From a virus (taxonomy: Duplodnaviria > Caudoviricetes), in the IMG/VR virus record IMGVR_UViG_3300007965_000002, positions 1-64,000 of that record: DNA of 64,000 nt; one strand, given 5' to 3'. Under the pieces are notes generated by a model, which was given only the letters and a program-made list of their open reading frames with translations, was not told the origin of the DNA and ran no database searches. Positions within the stretch are counted from its first letter, which is position 1, and each line of letters begins with the position of its first letter. Below, piece by piece: positions 1 to 9,624 of the stretch. A program made the position numbers and the translations under genes.

Positions 1-2
1 GA

Positions 3-554
3 TATACTTCTTCTTTTAGAATGGGTCAAATACTAGAGCATTACTGGACTTTACCACCTAGAGTAGAGGGACAAACCGCTGAAAACTTTGTTAATGTAAC
101 CTTAGTAGAATCTATACGTGCTATCTTTAAAACATATGGGTATGGTACTAAAGATGGTTTAGAGGATTTAGGCGGAACATTCATATTACTTTACGAAGAT
201 AGAATATACTGTATGCAGTTTAACTACTCATTACTAGATTACGATTCAGAAATCATTGCAATTGGTAGTGGCACAGATGCTGCACTAGGAGCAATATACC
301 TATCCCTACCCATAAAGCTAGAAAATATTGAAGAAGCTCTAGCTAAGATATTCTGGGCTACTAGCCTAGTCACACCATCAGTATCTCCTGAGTTCTCCTA
401 TTCTGTAATACAAAATATATATGAAGAACCCGCTGATACTGTAATACCAGAAGTAATTCCTAAGGAGGAAGTACCGGATGTTGCAACAATTGATGAACCC
501 CTACCTATGGCTGGGTTTAATATTGGTTACAAGCACTCTTTTCGGAGTATATAA
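3..554 (+). CDS. HslV/proteasome-like Ntn-fold protein, probably truncated at the window edge
   Basis: Frame is open from position 3 (YTSSFRMGQIL). Contains AIGSG..AALGA, typical of HslV-like Ntn hydrolases. Confidence 0.5.
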   Translation, partial: YTSSFRMGQILEHYWTLPPRVEGQTAENFVNVTLVESIRAIFKTYGYGTKDGLEDLGGTFILLYEDRIYCMQFNYSLLDYDSEIIAIGSGTDAALGAIYLSLPIKLENIEEALAKIFWATSLVTPSVSPEFSYSVIQNIYEEPADTVIPEVIPKEEVPDVATIDEPLPMAGFNIGYKHSFRSI

Positions 555-855
555 ATACCAAGAGTACACCATTAGTAACCTAGAAAGTAAGTTAGAAATA
601 TCTAATAATAGAGTTGATAACTTAGAAACTAATATAACTGGTATAAAATCAGTTGTAACCAAATTTGGTAATAACCAAGAAGAAACTAATTCTACTATTA
701 GAAAACTCCAGTCTAGCACTTCTAGACTAGATGTTATAATAGCTAAACCTACATTAGTATCTAGAAAGATTGAATCAAGCTATGCTAAGTTTCATCTAGA
801 AAAAGCATGCTACTCTGGTAATAAGGAGGCATGTAATGAACTGGATAAGAAGTAG
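478..855 (+). CDS. i-spanin (Rz-like)
   Basis: N-terminal TM helix followed by coiled coil; C-terminal Cys pair; overlaps a lipoprotein gene. Confidence 0.7.
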   Translation: MLQQLMNPYLWLGLILVTSTLFGVYKYQEYTISNLESKLEISNNRVDNLETNITGIKSVVTKFGNNQEETNSTIRKLQSSTSRLDVIIAKPTLVSRKIESSYAKFHLEKACYSGNKEACNELDKK

Positions 856-1126
856 TCTAGTACTACCAGTTATATTTCTTACAGGATGTGCATTAAATAG
901 TGCTCCTCCTACAGAACCACTTTTACTACCTTGGCCTAGTCCTATGGCTACATGTGAAATAAGTTCAGTAGAGATAGATAACCAGGGTAGAGTAATACTA
1001 TCATACCAAGATAATATAAACATAGCAGTTTGCGAACGAGATATGTTTAGATACATTAAAGACTTAACCCAAATAATTTGTACCCACCAAATAACAGACA
1101 CTAGATGCAAGGAATTAAATAAATGA
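836..1126 (+). CDS. o-spanin (Rz1-like lipoprotein)
   Basis: Signal peptide with lipobox FLTGC, Pro-rich stretch, overlaps the i-spanin 3' end. Confidence 0.7.
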   Translation: MNWIRSSLVLPVIFLTGCALNSAPPTEPLLLPWPSPMATCEISSVEIDNQGRVILSYQDNINIAVCERDMFRYIKDLTQIICTHQITDTRCKELNK

Positions 1127-1827
1127 AGATAGCCCTAACAGGATTTGCTGGAGCAGGAAAAGGTTTAGTAGCCGAGTTAATACAAGAGATACTAAAAGAT
1201 AAAGCACCAACTAAAGGTAGTTTTGCTTTTCCAATAAAAGAGTTTTTTCGTAAACTATGTAACATGACAGACCAGCACCTATACGGTGAATTTAAAGAAA
1301 TACCAATGACATTCATTATAACACCTGAGTCATTTAATGAAGCAGCTAAGTTTTATATGGATTATGGGTTAGACAACCATGTTTCCTTTGATAGAATGTG
1401 GGATAGATTCGTAATAGTCCTACAAGATAATTTAAATGGTGTAGGAAAAGAAGGGTATTGGACGCTACATAGTATATCCTCTAGACGATTACAGCAACTA
1501 CTTGGTACTGAGATTATCCGACACTTCAAAGATACTACCTGGGTAGATGTTGCTTTAGATAATAACTACAATATCATTGATGATTTACGTTTTATCAACG
1601 AAGCTAAACTTCTTAAAGAAGATGGTTTCTTAATAGTTAGGGTACTAGGGAAAGATACACGTATTGAGGATGAAACCGCAAAAGCTCATGCCTCAGAGCA
1701 AGAAATACCTCTTATAGCCGAAGATGAGATTTTACATAACTACTTTGCTTCGTATGATGCAGAATCTAGAGCATCTTTAAAGGCTCGTGTAGTTACTATG
1801 TTATTTAATAATAATCTACTAATATAA
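1123..1827 (+). CDS. dnk: deoxynucleoside monophosphate kinase
   Basis: P-loop GFAGAGKG, SFAFPIK, RRLQQLLGTE, IIDDLRFINE; T5-like position near lysis genes. Confidence 0.85.
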   Translation: MKIALTGFAGAGKGLVAELIQEILKDKAPTKGSFAFPIKEFFRKLCNMTDQHLYGEFKEIPMTFIITPESFNEAAKFYMDYGLDNHVSFDRMWDRFVIVLQDNLNGVGKEGYWTLHSISSRRLQQLLGTEIIRHFKDTTWVDVALDNNYNIIDDLRFINEAKLLKEDGFLIVRVLGKDTRIEDETAKAHASEQEIPLIAEDEILHNYFASYDAESRASLKARVVTMLFNNNLLI

Positions 1828-1899
1828 AGTAGTAGTTTTTACAGAAATTAGAAATTAGAGCTGATAGTCTAGTTTCAGTTGTCTTTCGGAAAAAACTAT

Positions 1900-1928
1900 T
1901 TGCAAAAATAAAAGTTTAATAGTATACT
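1900..1928 (+). promoter_or_regulatory. sigma70-type promoter for holin/endolysin
   Basis: TTGCAA-17 nt-TATACT. Confidence 0.6.
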
Positions 1929-1951
1929 CTAGCCTGAGAGGATATACTTTA

Positions 1952-2599
1952 ATGAAAGAACAATTGTTAACATATATGTTTAAACTACTCTCGGAGATAA
2001 AAGACCCTAAGACGTTTTTATTACGTACTCTTACTCTATTAGTGCTTCTATTTGGTTGGGTTCTTATTGATAATCCTGATGCTGTCGTTAAGGTAGCTAA
2101 AGAATTTACAAGAGGATCTGTAGTAGAATCATTAGAAAGAGAAAGAGTAAATCTCTTGCCTGTAATTGCTAGAGAACGTATTAACTTAATCTATGGTCAG
2201 GTTTATGCTGATTTAGTTTATGTAGCAACCTATAACCCCAAACAACAGAACGATTATATGCGAATACTAGCAAAGGAGGGAGAATCTAATGGAGTCTCCG
2301 TCGATATGCGAACTAGATTAGTTATTAAGAAAGCATCCAAGATGTACTTAGAGCACTTATCTAGCAGAACATTTACACTAGATTTAACAAAGAATAGTTA
2401 TGTTGATATTTTATTCGATTCTACTAAGCTTGAAGCAGCAGGTATAAAGGTTTTATACACATGCCCAATATACTCTATAGATAATATCTATTCAGGACAT
2501 ATTGGTATAGGCTACAAAGATCCTTCTTTTAGTCTAACGCAAGAGTTTATAGATTCTATCTGTAAACCTAATGCAAGAGCAATCGGGAGATATTTATAA
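1952..2599 (+). CDS. holin (T5/T4-T type: one TM plus periplasmic domain)
   Basis: Single N-terminal TM, about 215 aa, directly upstream of the endolysin. Confidence 0.75.
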   Translation: MKEQLLTYMFKLLSEIKDPKTFLLRTLTLLVLLFGWVLIDNPDAVVKVAKEFTRGSVVESLERERVNLLPVIARERINLIYGQVYADLVYVATYNPKQQNDYMRILAKEGESNGVSVDMRTRLVIKKASKMYLEHLSSRTFTLDLTKNSYVDILFDSTKLEAAGIKVLYTCPIYSIDNIYSGHIGIGYKDPSFSLTQEFIDSICKPNARAIGRYL

Positions 2600-2952
2600 T
2601 GAACTGGGATAAAGGATTTAGTAGGAAAGAATTTGCGTGTAAATGTGGGTGTGGGTTTGATACCGTAGATGTAGCTTTGTATGACATACTAGTTGCTGTA
2701 CGGGAACACTTTAATAAGAGTGTTACTATTAACTCAGGATGTAGATGTGCTGTATACAACGCTAAGATAGGGGGAGCTAAAAATTCCCAACATGTTAAAG
2801 CTAGGGCAGCAGATATTGTAGTAAAGGACGTATCCGTGGAGGAAGTTTATGCTTACTTGGATAATACTTTTGGTATTAAAATATCACTAGGAAGATACAA
2901 AACCTTCACACACGTAGATACAAGAACGGATTCCCCTGCACGCTGGGGGTAA
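2599..2952 (+). CDS. lys: endolysin, peptidase M15 family
   Basis: FACKCGCG, INSGCRC, SQH..ARAADI, FTHVDTR zinc peptidase motifs. Confidence 0.88.
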   Translation: MNWDKGFSRKEFACKCGCGFDTVDVALYDILVAVREHFNKSVTINSGCRCAVYNAKIGGAKNSQHVKARAADIVVKDVSVEEVYAYLDNTFGIKISLGRYKTFTHVDTRTDSPARWG

Positions 2953-2986
2953 AAAGAGGGTGTTGTCTTAAGGCAGCACCCTTTTT
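2951..2986 (+). terminator. intrinsic terminator
   Basis: AGGGTGTTGTC-TTAA-GGCAGCACCCT followed by a T tract. Confidence 0.75.
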
Positions 2987-3001
2987 GCTTTTAAAAATTA
3001 G

Positions 3002-3030
3002 TTCCCTTTCTGCTTATATTCACGTATAAT
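3002..3030 (+). promoter_or_regulatory. early promoter
   Basis: TTCCCT-17-TATAAT; downstream TCTTTATTGAATTG shared with other early promoters. Confidence 0.65.
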
Positions 3031-3065
3031 ATCTTTATTGAATTGGCAAAGAGGGATTAAACGCT

Positions 3066-3392
3066 ATGGGTGAACGATTTTATCAGCAGATTGGTAAAGC
3101 TCACAATTTAAAAACTGTAGCGGAAATTATGGCTTTTTGTCACAGACCTATTTCTGCTAGAGAGAAACGCACTAAATCAGATATTCAAGAGGATATTGGT
3201 ATCTCAGGTGTGGATAAGCTAGGCAAAGACCAGATGTTATGGTTGGAAGCAAATTTAAAAGATGTTAAGTCTACTATTACAGGTAAACTAAAGAAAGACT
3301 ATGTTAATCAACTTAGCATAATGTTTCCTGAGTTAGACTGGAACAAACTAACATTAGTTACTATTAAGGAAATAATCAATGGCACTAGATAA
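3066..3392 (+). CDS. hypothetical protein
   Basis: ORF downstream of a promoter, GAGG RBS. Confidence 0.7.
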   Translation: MGERFYQQIGKAHNLKTVAEIMAFCHRPISAREKRTKSDIQEDIGISGVDKLGKDQMLWLEANLKDVKSTITGKLKKDYVNQLSIMFPELDWNKLTLVTIKEIINGTR

Positions 3393-3549
3393 TGAGTTCC
3401 TACAAAGTATTACCTCAGTTGACCGTCTAAAGAAGATTAAAGACGTAGCAAGTGATGGGCTAAGGACTGCTGAAAAAGAAGTCTACGAACTTAAAGCATG
3501 GATTAAAGATTTACAAGAACGTATTGATGAATTAAGCAAAAAAGACTAA
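3379..3549 (+). CDS. small coiled-coil hypothetical protein (56 aa, not in ORF track)
   Basis: AAGGA RBS; MALDNEFLQSITSVDRLKK...DELSKKD; overlaps the upstream stop. Confidence 0.65.
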   Translation: MALDNEFLQSITSVDRLKKIKDVASDGLRTAEKEVYELKAWIKDLQERIDELSKKD

Positions 3550-3557
3550 AATTGTAG

Positions 3558-3586
3558 TTTACATACCGCTTAATTTACCGTATAAT
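3558..3586 (+). promoter_or_regulatory. early promoter
   Basis: TTTACA-17-TATAAT. Confidence 0.75.
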
Positions 3587-3610
3587 ATACAAATAAATTA
3601 AGGAAACAAT

Positions 3611-4636
3611 ATGAATAACGAGTTATTAGCAAGGTTTTTTGATAAGACGTTCCAAGTCTTATTTAAGGAAAGAATTACATCTTTTGCCCACTCAGAAAAT
3701 CTAATGGTAAGAAACTTCGTCTATGTATGGATGGAACGTAGCAAGCATTACCCTAGTAAGTCTGGGTCACCCTACCAAGATAGAGTAAAGTTCTGGTTTA
3801 ATGGTGGTAGGCTCAACGCTTTATTAGTTGATAAACGTTGCTTTAGTACCAGAACGGTAACATTATCCAATATTAATTTCATTACGGATAAAACTGCTAA
3901 AGTAACAGTAAAGGAAAGATTTAGTAGTGGCAGAATCGCGGAAACAGTAGAGACTATTGACATAGCTACTATAATTCCAATATTTCCTTCGTATTACGCA
4001 GGAAATGTTAGCGACTTAATTAGAGATTTATCTGATATATCTATGTTCAATAGGGAAACTATAGACGATATTGATGGTAGAGTAGCTGATATATGCTCAG
4101 CAGAACAAACACAAAATACCAACATTAATAGTGATAACTTTACTATCAATGGAACAACTAAAACTAACACACAGGAATCAAACACAATGTCTAAATTAAA
4201 TAAAGCAGCATCAACAGTATTAGCTACAGGTAAAAGCAGCGTAACTTTAGCAGCTAGTATCACAGCAGGTAACGCAACTAACGCAGTTGTTAAAGCAGCT
4301 CTACGTCCTACACTAGAACCTGCTCTACGTAAGATGCTACAGCCTAAAGGTTTTGTACAACGTACACTAGGCAAGGCTAAAGTAGAAGATTCTGTATCAG
4401 CAGTTATGGATTCTCCTTTAATGGATGTACTATCTGCTGCTATCCTAGTAAGTATCACTTCTAGCGGTATGGTAACTAACCAAAAATTAGTTAAAGGAGC
4501 AGCATTAGCATCTGATGCCGCAGCACTTAAACTATTTAGCTTAATTGACTTCGATACGCTAGTATCGGGATTAACAACTAAGATTGGTTCTATTGTTGCT
4601 AACCTTGACGCGGTAGACTCAGATACTGCTGAGTAG
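3611..4636 (+). CDS. hypothetical two-domain protein with a possible internal start at 4187
   Basis: 341-aa ORF with RBS; low-complexity Asn/Thr linker and CAGGA RBS before the internal ATG. Confidence 0.7.
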   Translation: MNNELLARFFDKTFQVLFKERITSFAHSENLMVRNFVYVWMERSKHYPSKSGSPYQDRVKFWFNGGRLNALLVDKRCFSTRTVTLSNINFITDKTAKVTVKERFSSGRIAETVETIDIATIIPIFPSYYAGNVSDLIRDLSDISMFNRETIDDIDGRVADICSAEQTQNTNINSDNFTINGTTKTNTQESNTMSKLNKAASTVLATGKSSVTLAASITAGNATNAVVKAALRPTLEPALRKMLQPKGFVQRTLGKAKVEDSVSAVMDSPLMDVLSAAILVSITSSGMVTNQKLVKGAALASDAAALKLFSLIDFDTLVSGLTTKIGSIVANLDAVDSDTAE

Positions 4637-4640
4637 TAAG

Positions 4641-4673
4641 AAAAAGGGCTACCCTAATAGAGTAGCCCTTTTC
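4641..4673 (+). terminator. intrinsic terminator
   Basis: AAAAAGGGCTAC...GTAGCCCTTTTT. Confidence 0.75.
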
Positions 4674-4691
4674 TATACGCTAAAACTTCTC

Positions 4692-4720
4692 TTTACTAAG
4701 TCATACATTTAACGTATAAT
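4692..4720 (+). promoter_or_regulatory. early promoter
   Basis: TTTACT-17-TATAAT followed by AGCTTTATTGAATTG. Confidence 0.7.
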
Positions 4721-4752
4721 AGCTTTATTGAATTGCAAAAGGAACGAAAAAC

Positions 4753-5022
4753 ATGACAAACGAAACATCAAACAAAGCTACTTTAGTAAACTCTATTGCT
4801 ATTCTACTATCATGTGTACAGCAAACTACTGGATTACAAAAACTAACCGTCCCTACACTAGAAGCTATGTATCAAGGGCTTCTACGTAATGCTAACTCAT
4901 GGCAGTTAGTTAAAGAGGAAGCAAAGGCTGCTAAGAACGAAGCATTCATAGCCAAGGCACGTATCGTTGCTTTAGAGGCAGAAGTTCGTAAATTACAGCG
5001 TAAATTAAAGGGTAATAAATAA
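4753..5022 (+). CDS. hypothetical coiled-coil protein
   Basis: ORF with AAGGA RBS after a promoter. Confidence 0.7.
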   Translation: MTNETSNKATLVNSIAILLSCVQQTTGLQKLTVPTLEAMYQGLLRNANSWQLVKEEAKAAKNEAFIAKARIVALEAEVRKLQRKLKGNK

Positions 5023-5465
5023 TGGAAAAACTAGTACAGTTTCTAACTGAGTTAGCAAAGAACAGTGAAATGAGTGCAACCTCTATGGGGGCGGCAACAG
5101 CAGAAATGCTACTAGATAATAAGGGACATATTGATATGTACTTCTTACGGGATTCGTTAGAAGAAAATATATCACGTACCCAATTACAAAAAGCATTTAA
5201 TCAAGTATTTGGCAAGAATATACCTACTAAGTTTACATTTATCAAGGTAGAAACTGCTATGTCCAAAGAAGTGTTCTTAACAGAAGTCTATGAGCCAGCT
5301 AAGTATCGTAATGTGCGTAGTTGGGTAGGGCACGTAATCAATAATTATAATTGCATGATTAATCGTAAAGATGTATTTGATTGGATTATGTCAACAGCCA
5401 AGTCACATAGTTTAGGTGGAGAATTTTATGGAAATACAGGAACAGCCAAAAATAGCTCTAAATAG
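5022..5465 (+). CDS. hypothetical protein
   Basis: TAATG-coupled ORF. Confidence 0.7.
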   Translation: MEKLVQFLTELAKNSEMSATSMGAATAEMLLDNKGHIDMYFLRDSLEENISRTQLQKAFNQVFGKNIPTKFTFIKVETAMSKEVFLTEVYEPAKYRNVRSWVGHVINNYNCMINRKDVFDWIMSTAKSHSLGGEFYGNTGTAKNSSK

Positions 5466-5712
5466 AGAAGAAGCTTTAATAGCCTTATTTGAACTAGTAG
5501 TAGAGTATAGAGAAGCACTCCAAGAGATTCTAGGAGTTCATAGCTTAGTGCTAGAACATATTTCAAAGAAGGCACCAGTAGAAGTTCAAGTGATTCTTAG
5601 CCAAGAAACTAATTTACTACTAAAGGCATTTGATAAGGTAAGAACTCTGGATAGTTTTAGAGACTCGTTAAGGCCAGAGTATCTAACTATAACTAAGCCA
5701 ATGAAACACTAG
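5428..5712 (+). CDS. hypothetical protein
   Basis: GGAG RBS before ATG 5428. Confidence 0.6.
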   Translation: MEIQEQPKIALNREEALIALFELVVEYREALQEILGVHSLVLEHISKKAPVEVQVILSQETNLLLKAFDKVRTLDSFRDSLRPEYLTITKPMKH

Positions 5713-5720
5713 GAGGTTAT

Positions 5721-5972
5721 ATGTTTAGTAGACAAGTACTAGACTCTAAAGAGAAGGTATTAATACAAAAAGTACCTACTTCTTGGTCTAGTAAAACCTT
5801 AGATGATTCCTTAATGGGATTAATGGAAACAGCCCATAAATGTAAAGAAGCTGGCATAACATCTATATTATATAATAATGTAGATATACCAATTAACCGA
5901 TTTGATACCCTAACAATAGTACATAAGTTCTTAGGGATACCATACTGCTATGTGGATATTATAATAGAATGA
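5721..5972 (+). CDS. hypothetical protein
   Basis: GGAGG RBS, in operon. Confidence 0.65.
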   Translation: MFSRQVLDSKEKVLIQKVPTSWSSKTLDDSLMGLMETAHKCKEAGITSILYNNVDIPINRFDTLTIVHKFLGIPYCYVDIIIE

Positions 5973-6523
5973 CAACATATTTTACATCAGATTTGCATTT
6001 CCTACACAAGAATATTATTGCGTATAATAGGCCATACTACTCTGATGTAGAAGAAATGAACGAAAGTATTATCAGTACTATCAATAAAAAAGTTACACCT
6101 AATGATACCTTGTACATACTAGGTGATGTAGCTCTCGGCTCTATTACCAAAGCTGTAGATTATATATCACGTATTAACTGTAATATTAAGCTAGTACCAG
6201 GGAACCATGATAATAAGAAAGCCTTAAATGCTTATGAAAAACTATCTAATGTAGAGATTTTGCCAACACTTTGTGAGATAAAGCTAGGGGATAAGACAGT
6301 AGTACTATGTCATTTTCCACTAGTATCTTGGAATAAGATGCATCATGGGGCTTGGCACCTATTTGGCCATACCCACGGCTCTTACGAGGGATTAGGTAGA
6401 TCTATTGATATTGGTTGGGATAACTACTTCAATATATTTAATAAGCCAGGTATATTTTCCACTCAAGACTTGGTAGATATTATGGAAAATAGGCAATCAC
6501 ACCAAGTAGACCACCATAAATAA
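5969..6523 (+). CDS. calcineurin-like metallophosphoesterase
   Basis: SDLH, LGDV, GNHD, CHFP, GHTH motifs. Confidence 0.9.
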   Translation: MTTYFTSDLHFLHKNIIAYNRPYYSDVEEMNESIISTINKKVTPNDTLYILGDVALGSITKAVDYISRINCNIKLVPGNHDNKKALNAYEKLSNVEILPTLCEIKLGDKTVVLCHFPLVSWNKMHHGAWHLFGHTHGSYEGLGRSIDIGWDNYFNIFNKPGIFSTQDLVDIMENRQSHQVDHHK

Positions 6524-6534
6524 GGAATAGATTA

Positions 6535-6942
6535 ATGAATTTAAGACCAGACTATACTAGTGTAATAGAAAATGCAGATAGACTAAAGAAAGATTATCAA
6601 ACACATGGTAACTTATGTATCGCATTTGACTATGATAATACTTTATTTGACTATCATGGGGATAACCCAAAGAATCTAAAAGATTGTATTGACTTAATGC
6701 TCCGCTGTCAGAAAGTTGGCCTAGATTTAGTACTATGGACTTGTAGCGAGCCTAGTAGATACCCTAGTATTCGTACTTATTTAGCTACTTTCGGTATTAC
6801 TGATTTTATGATAAATGACGTACCAGATAAGTATATGCTTTTAAATAGTAGAAAGATTTTCTTCTCCTTACTTTTAGATGACCGTGCAGGTTTAGGTTCG
6901 GCAATGCGTACACTATCTATTTTGTTAAACTCAATAGAATAA
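6535..6942 (+). CDS. HAD-superfamily phosphatase-like protein
   Basis: AFDYDNTL (DxD), WT, LDDRA motifs. Confidence 0.7.
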   Translation: MNLRPDYTSVIENADRLKKDYQTHGNLCIAFDYDNTLFDYHGDNPKNLKDCIDLMLRCQKVGLDLVLWTCSEPSRYPSIRTYLATFGITDFMINDVPDKYMLLNSRKIFFSLLLDDRAGLGSAMRTLSILLNSIE

Positions 6943-6950
6943 GAAAAGTA

Positions 6951-7010
6951 AAAAAGCACTTCCATTAGGGGTGCTTTTTACGTATAATAGCTTTATAGAA
7001 TTGAGAAAGG
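6951..7010 (+). promoter_or_regulatory. terminator-promoter-RBS cassette, copy 1
   Basis: AAAAAGCACTTCCATTAGGGGTGCTTTTTACGTATAATAGCTTTATAGAATTGAGAAAGG; TTCCAT-17-TATAAT lies inside a hairpin. Confidence 0.85.
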
Positions 7011-7019
7011 AAACAAATT

Positions 7020-7259
7020 ATGAATATTACTGATTATGCATGGTACAGGGCTTGGCGTAGACATGAAGCCTATGGAGTCCCAGTTACTCCAGAAGGAAAG
7101 CAAAGAGCCGATATTAGAGCCGAAGCCTTTTCTGAGGGATTTATTGCAGGTCAACGCTATGCAGCTACGTTGCTTGAACGGGAACATAGTAAAGCTAAGA
7201 AGTTACATAGTTTTTTCTTATTAGCATCAAAAATAATTAGAGATGGGATACAACGATGA
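7020..7259 (+). CDS. hypothetical protein
   Basis: First ORF after the cassette. Confidence 0.7.
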   Translation: MNITDYAWYRAWRRHEAYGVPVTPEGKQRADIRAEAFSEGFIAGQRYAATLLEREHSKAKKLHSFFLLASKIIRDGIQR

Positions 7260-8182
7260 AATTTAACTTAAAAGCAATACCAGCAGATTTAATTACAGTA
7301 AAACAAGTAGGTAAACTTAAAGTAGTAAAGTACGCACGAAAAGTATTTTATGATAACCTATGGGAAGTACATCCATTATTAAAGGAATGTAGAGGACTAG
7401 TACTAGACTTAGATAATAATGTTGTAGCCCATCCTTTCACTAAAGTATTTAACATTGGTGAAAATGGCACGGGATACCCAGAGTTCCCTTTCACACTAGT
7501 AGATAAGGTTAATGGATTCTTAGGTGTTATTACTCGATATGAGGGTAGAGATACATTCTCAACAACAGGTTCACTAGACTCACCATTTGTTACTATGTGG
7601 AGAGATTCTTTTGTTTGGCACTGGAAAGATAACAATGATACATTTGCTAACTCATTAATCTTAGATAAGTTACTAGATAGCTTTACTCTTATGTTTGAGG
7701 TATGCCACACAGATGACCCACACATAGTAAAAGAAGAACCTGGTATCTATTTAATTGGAGCTAGACGCAAAGATACTGGTACTATGATGTTAGAGTGTGA
7801 GCTAGATATTTTAGCTAGTAACTTTAAGTGGTATAGAAAAGAGCATCGTTTAGTTAAGAATAAAGAGGAACTGGATTCTTTAGTTAAGAACTGTAAGATG
7901 GAAGGGTTCATGGTTCGTGACTTCGATGGAAAGATAGTAGCTAAGGTTAAGTCTCCGCACTACCTAGGTACTAAGTTCATCGCTAGAGGTGGTTCTAAGA
8001 AAACTGCTCGTCTATGGGGAATGGAGGCAAGAGAAGTATTTAACTTAGGGCTAGAGGAGGAGTTCTTATCCGTTATCGAAAAGATTCGTGGTGCTTTTAG
8101 TCAAGAAGAATGGACAGCTTTAGGTGAGCAAGAACGAATTAGATTCGTAGAATTAGTTTTAACTCTAGTAGGAGAAGAATAA
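7256..8182 (+). CDS. RNA ligase (Rnl1-like)
   Basis: AHPFTKVFN, motif I DKVNGFL, III MFEV, IIIa YLIG, IV EGFMV, V KVKS. Confidence 0.85.
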   Translation: MKFNLKAIPADLITVKQVGKLKVVKYARKVFYDNLWEVHPLLKECRGLVLDLDNNVVAHPFTKVFNIGENGTGYPEFPFTLVDKVNGFLGVITRYEGRDTFSTTGSLDSPFVTMWRDSFVWHWKDNNDTFANSLILDKLLDSFTLMFEVCHTDDPHIVKEEPGIYLIGARRKDTGTMMLECELDILASNFKWYRKEHRLVKNKEELDSLVKNCKMEGFMVRDFDGKIVAKVKSPHYLGTKFIARGGSKKTARLWGMEAREVFNLGLEEEFLSVIEKIRGAFSQEEWTALGEQERIRFVELVLTLVGEE

Positions 8183-8397
8183 TGGTACATATTAATACAC
8201 AAGAGTTGCAAAAGTTAGTAGAAGAAGAACTTCTAGCAGTAGAAGAACTAGGTAATGATGTTGTTGGTACTAGTTTAATTGGTAGAGTTGGAAACTGCCA
8301 AATCCATTTAGTTGTTACTAACATGAAAGAAGAATTTATGGAAGATGAAGATAACGTAAACGTGGAAGATGGTTTAATTATAACAGAGGGTACGTAA
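8182..8397 (+). CDS. acidic hypothetical protein
   Basis: TAATG-coupled ORF. Confidence 0.6.
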   Translation: MVHINTQELQKLVEEELLAVEELGNDVVGTSLIGRVGNCQIHLVVTNMKEEFMEDEDNVNVEDGLIITEGT

Positions 8398-8798
8398 TGC
8401 CTACAGTAACTATATTACGTGGAGTATCCGGCTCAGGTAAGTCTACTATAGCAAATATGTTAACACAACTAGGTGCTGTAGTAGTATCTGCTGATAAATA
8501 CTTCATACAGCCATTTGGGGGTTATGTATTTGACCCTGCTAAACTAAAGCAAGCACATGAGTATTGCTACGATATGTTCCGTATGGAGTTGCTTTCAGGG
8601 AATGATGTGATAGTAGATAATACTAATACAACAGAAAAAGAAATAGCTAAGTATCTAGAGTTTGCTCAGGAACGTGGTTATAAAGTAACATGCCTAGTAG
8701 TAGAGAATAGACATGGTAGTGACTCAATACATGATGTACCAGAAGAAGTTCGTAAAAAACAAGCTATGCGCCTTGCACAATCAATTAAATTAATTTAG
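8397..8798 (+). CDS. P-loop kinase (polynucleotide-kinase-like, AAA_33)
   Basis: RGVSGSGKST, SAD, VIVDNTN. Confidence 0.8.
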   Translation: MPTVTILRGVSGSGKSTIANMLTQLGAVVVSADKYFIQPFGGYVFDPAKLKQAHEYCYDMFRMELLSGNDVIVDNTNTTEKEIAKYLEFAQERGYKVTCLVVENRHGSDSIHDVPEEVRKKQAMRLAQSIKLI

Positions 8799-8820
8799 TT
8801 AGTTCTAAGTAATAAAGTTA

Positions 8821-8880
8821 AAAAAGCACTTCCATTGGAGGTGCTTTTTGCGTATAATAGCTTTATAGAATTGAGAAAGG
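8821..8880 (+). promoter_or_regulatory. terminator-promoter-RBS cassette, copy 2
   Basis: AAAAAGCACTTCCATTGGAGGTGCTTTTTGCGTATAATAGCTTTATAGAATTGAGAAAGG. Confidence 0.85.
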
Positions 8881-8890
8881 GAACAAAGCA

Positions 8891-9322
8891 ATGAACCAAG
8901 TAGAATTAATATTACAAAGTGCTATAATCTTAAAAGACCAAGTAGATAATAACTTAATACATAAAAGCGAAGTAGAGACAGGTATATGTGGATTACTATC
9001 TATGATAGCTATTTCAAAATTCCAACAAGATACTAGCACTAGAAAGCTAAAAGAGTATTTTATTACTTGGGATAAGTATTCAGGTAACGAGTCATACCCA
9101 GTACCTTATGTAGGTGAGATATATAGATCAAAGTTAACCAGAGCTAATATAGATTATATAGCAAACGTAGTAGATACAGGGTTAAATAGTCCAGAATACT
9201 GTGCTAAACTAGCTTATGTTATATGTGATAATGTATGGATTGGTGAGTATGGCACATTACGCCGTGAACTTTTAGACCATATTATTAAGTCAGCTAAACA
9301 GGGGCTAGAATTATGCGATTAG
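8891..9322 (+). CDS. hypothetical protein, paralog family W-x-GEYG-x-LR
   Basis: Shares YF.TW..(F/Y)SG...YPVP and W.GEYG.LR..LL.H.I with 9313 and 19155. Confidence 0.75.
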   Translation: MNQVELILQSAIILKDQVDNNLIHKSEVETGICGLLSMIAISKFQQDTSTRKLKEYFITWDKYSGNESYPVPYVGEIYRSKLTRANIDYIANVVDTGLNSPEYCAKLAYVICDNVWIGEYGTLRRELLDHIIKSAKQGLELCD

Positions 9323-9624
9323 TACAGTACTTACAACAGATTATGGACTTAGCACTATTAAAAGATGAAGCTTTATCTATAAATGTAGGTATATGTTCAA
9401 ACCTATATTACCTATCTAATTTTAGATATGATGAAGATGATATTACTAAGTATTTCTACTCTTGGAAACATTTTTCAGGTGACTATAGGTACCCTGTGCC
9501 CTATCCGTCACTAGACCCTGATAAAGCATTTTTAACTATAGATAACCTATGGGTTGGTGAGTATGGTGAGTTACGTATTGATCTACTACAACACTTAATA
9601 GATTCGGTAGATAGATGGAGTTAA
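9313..9624 (+). CDS. hypothetical protein, paralog family W-x-GEYG-x-LR
   Basis: Same motifs as 8891. Confidence 0.75.
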   Translation: MRLVQYLQQIMDLALLKDEALSINVGICSNLYYLSNFRYDEDDITKYFYSWKHFSGDYRYPVPYPSLDPDKAFLTIDNLWVGEYGELRIDLLQHLIDSVDRWS

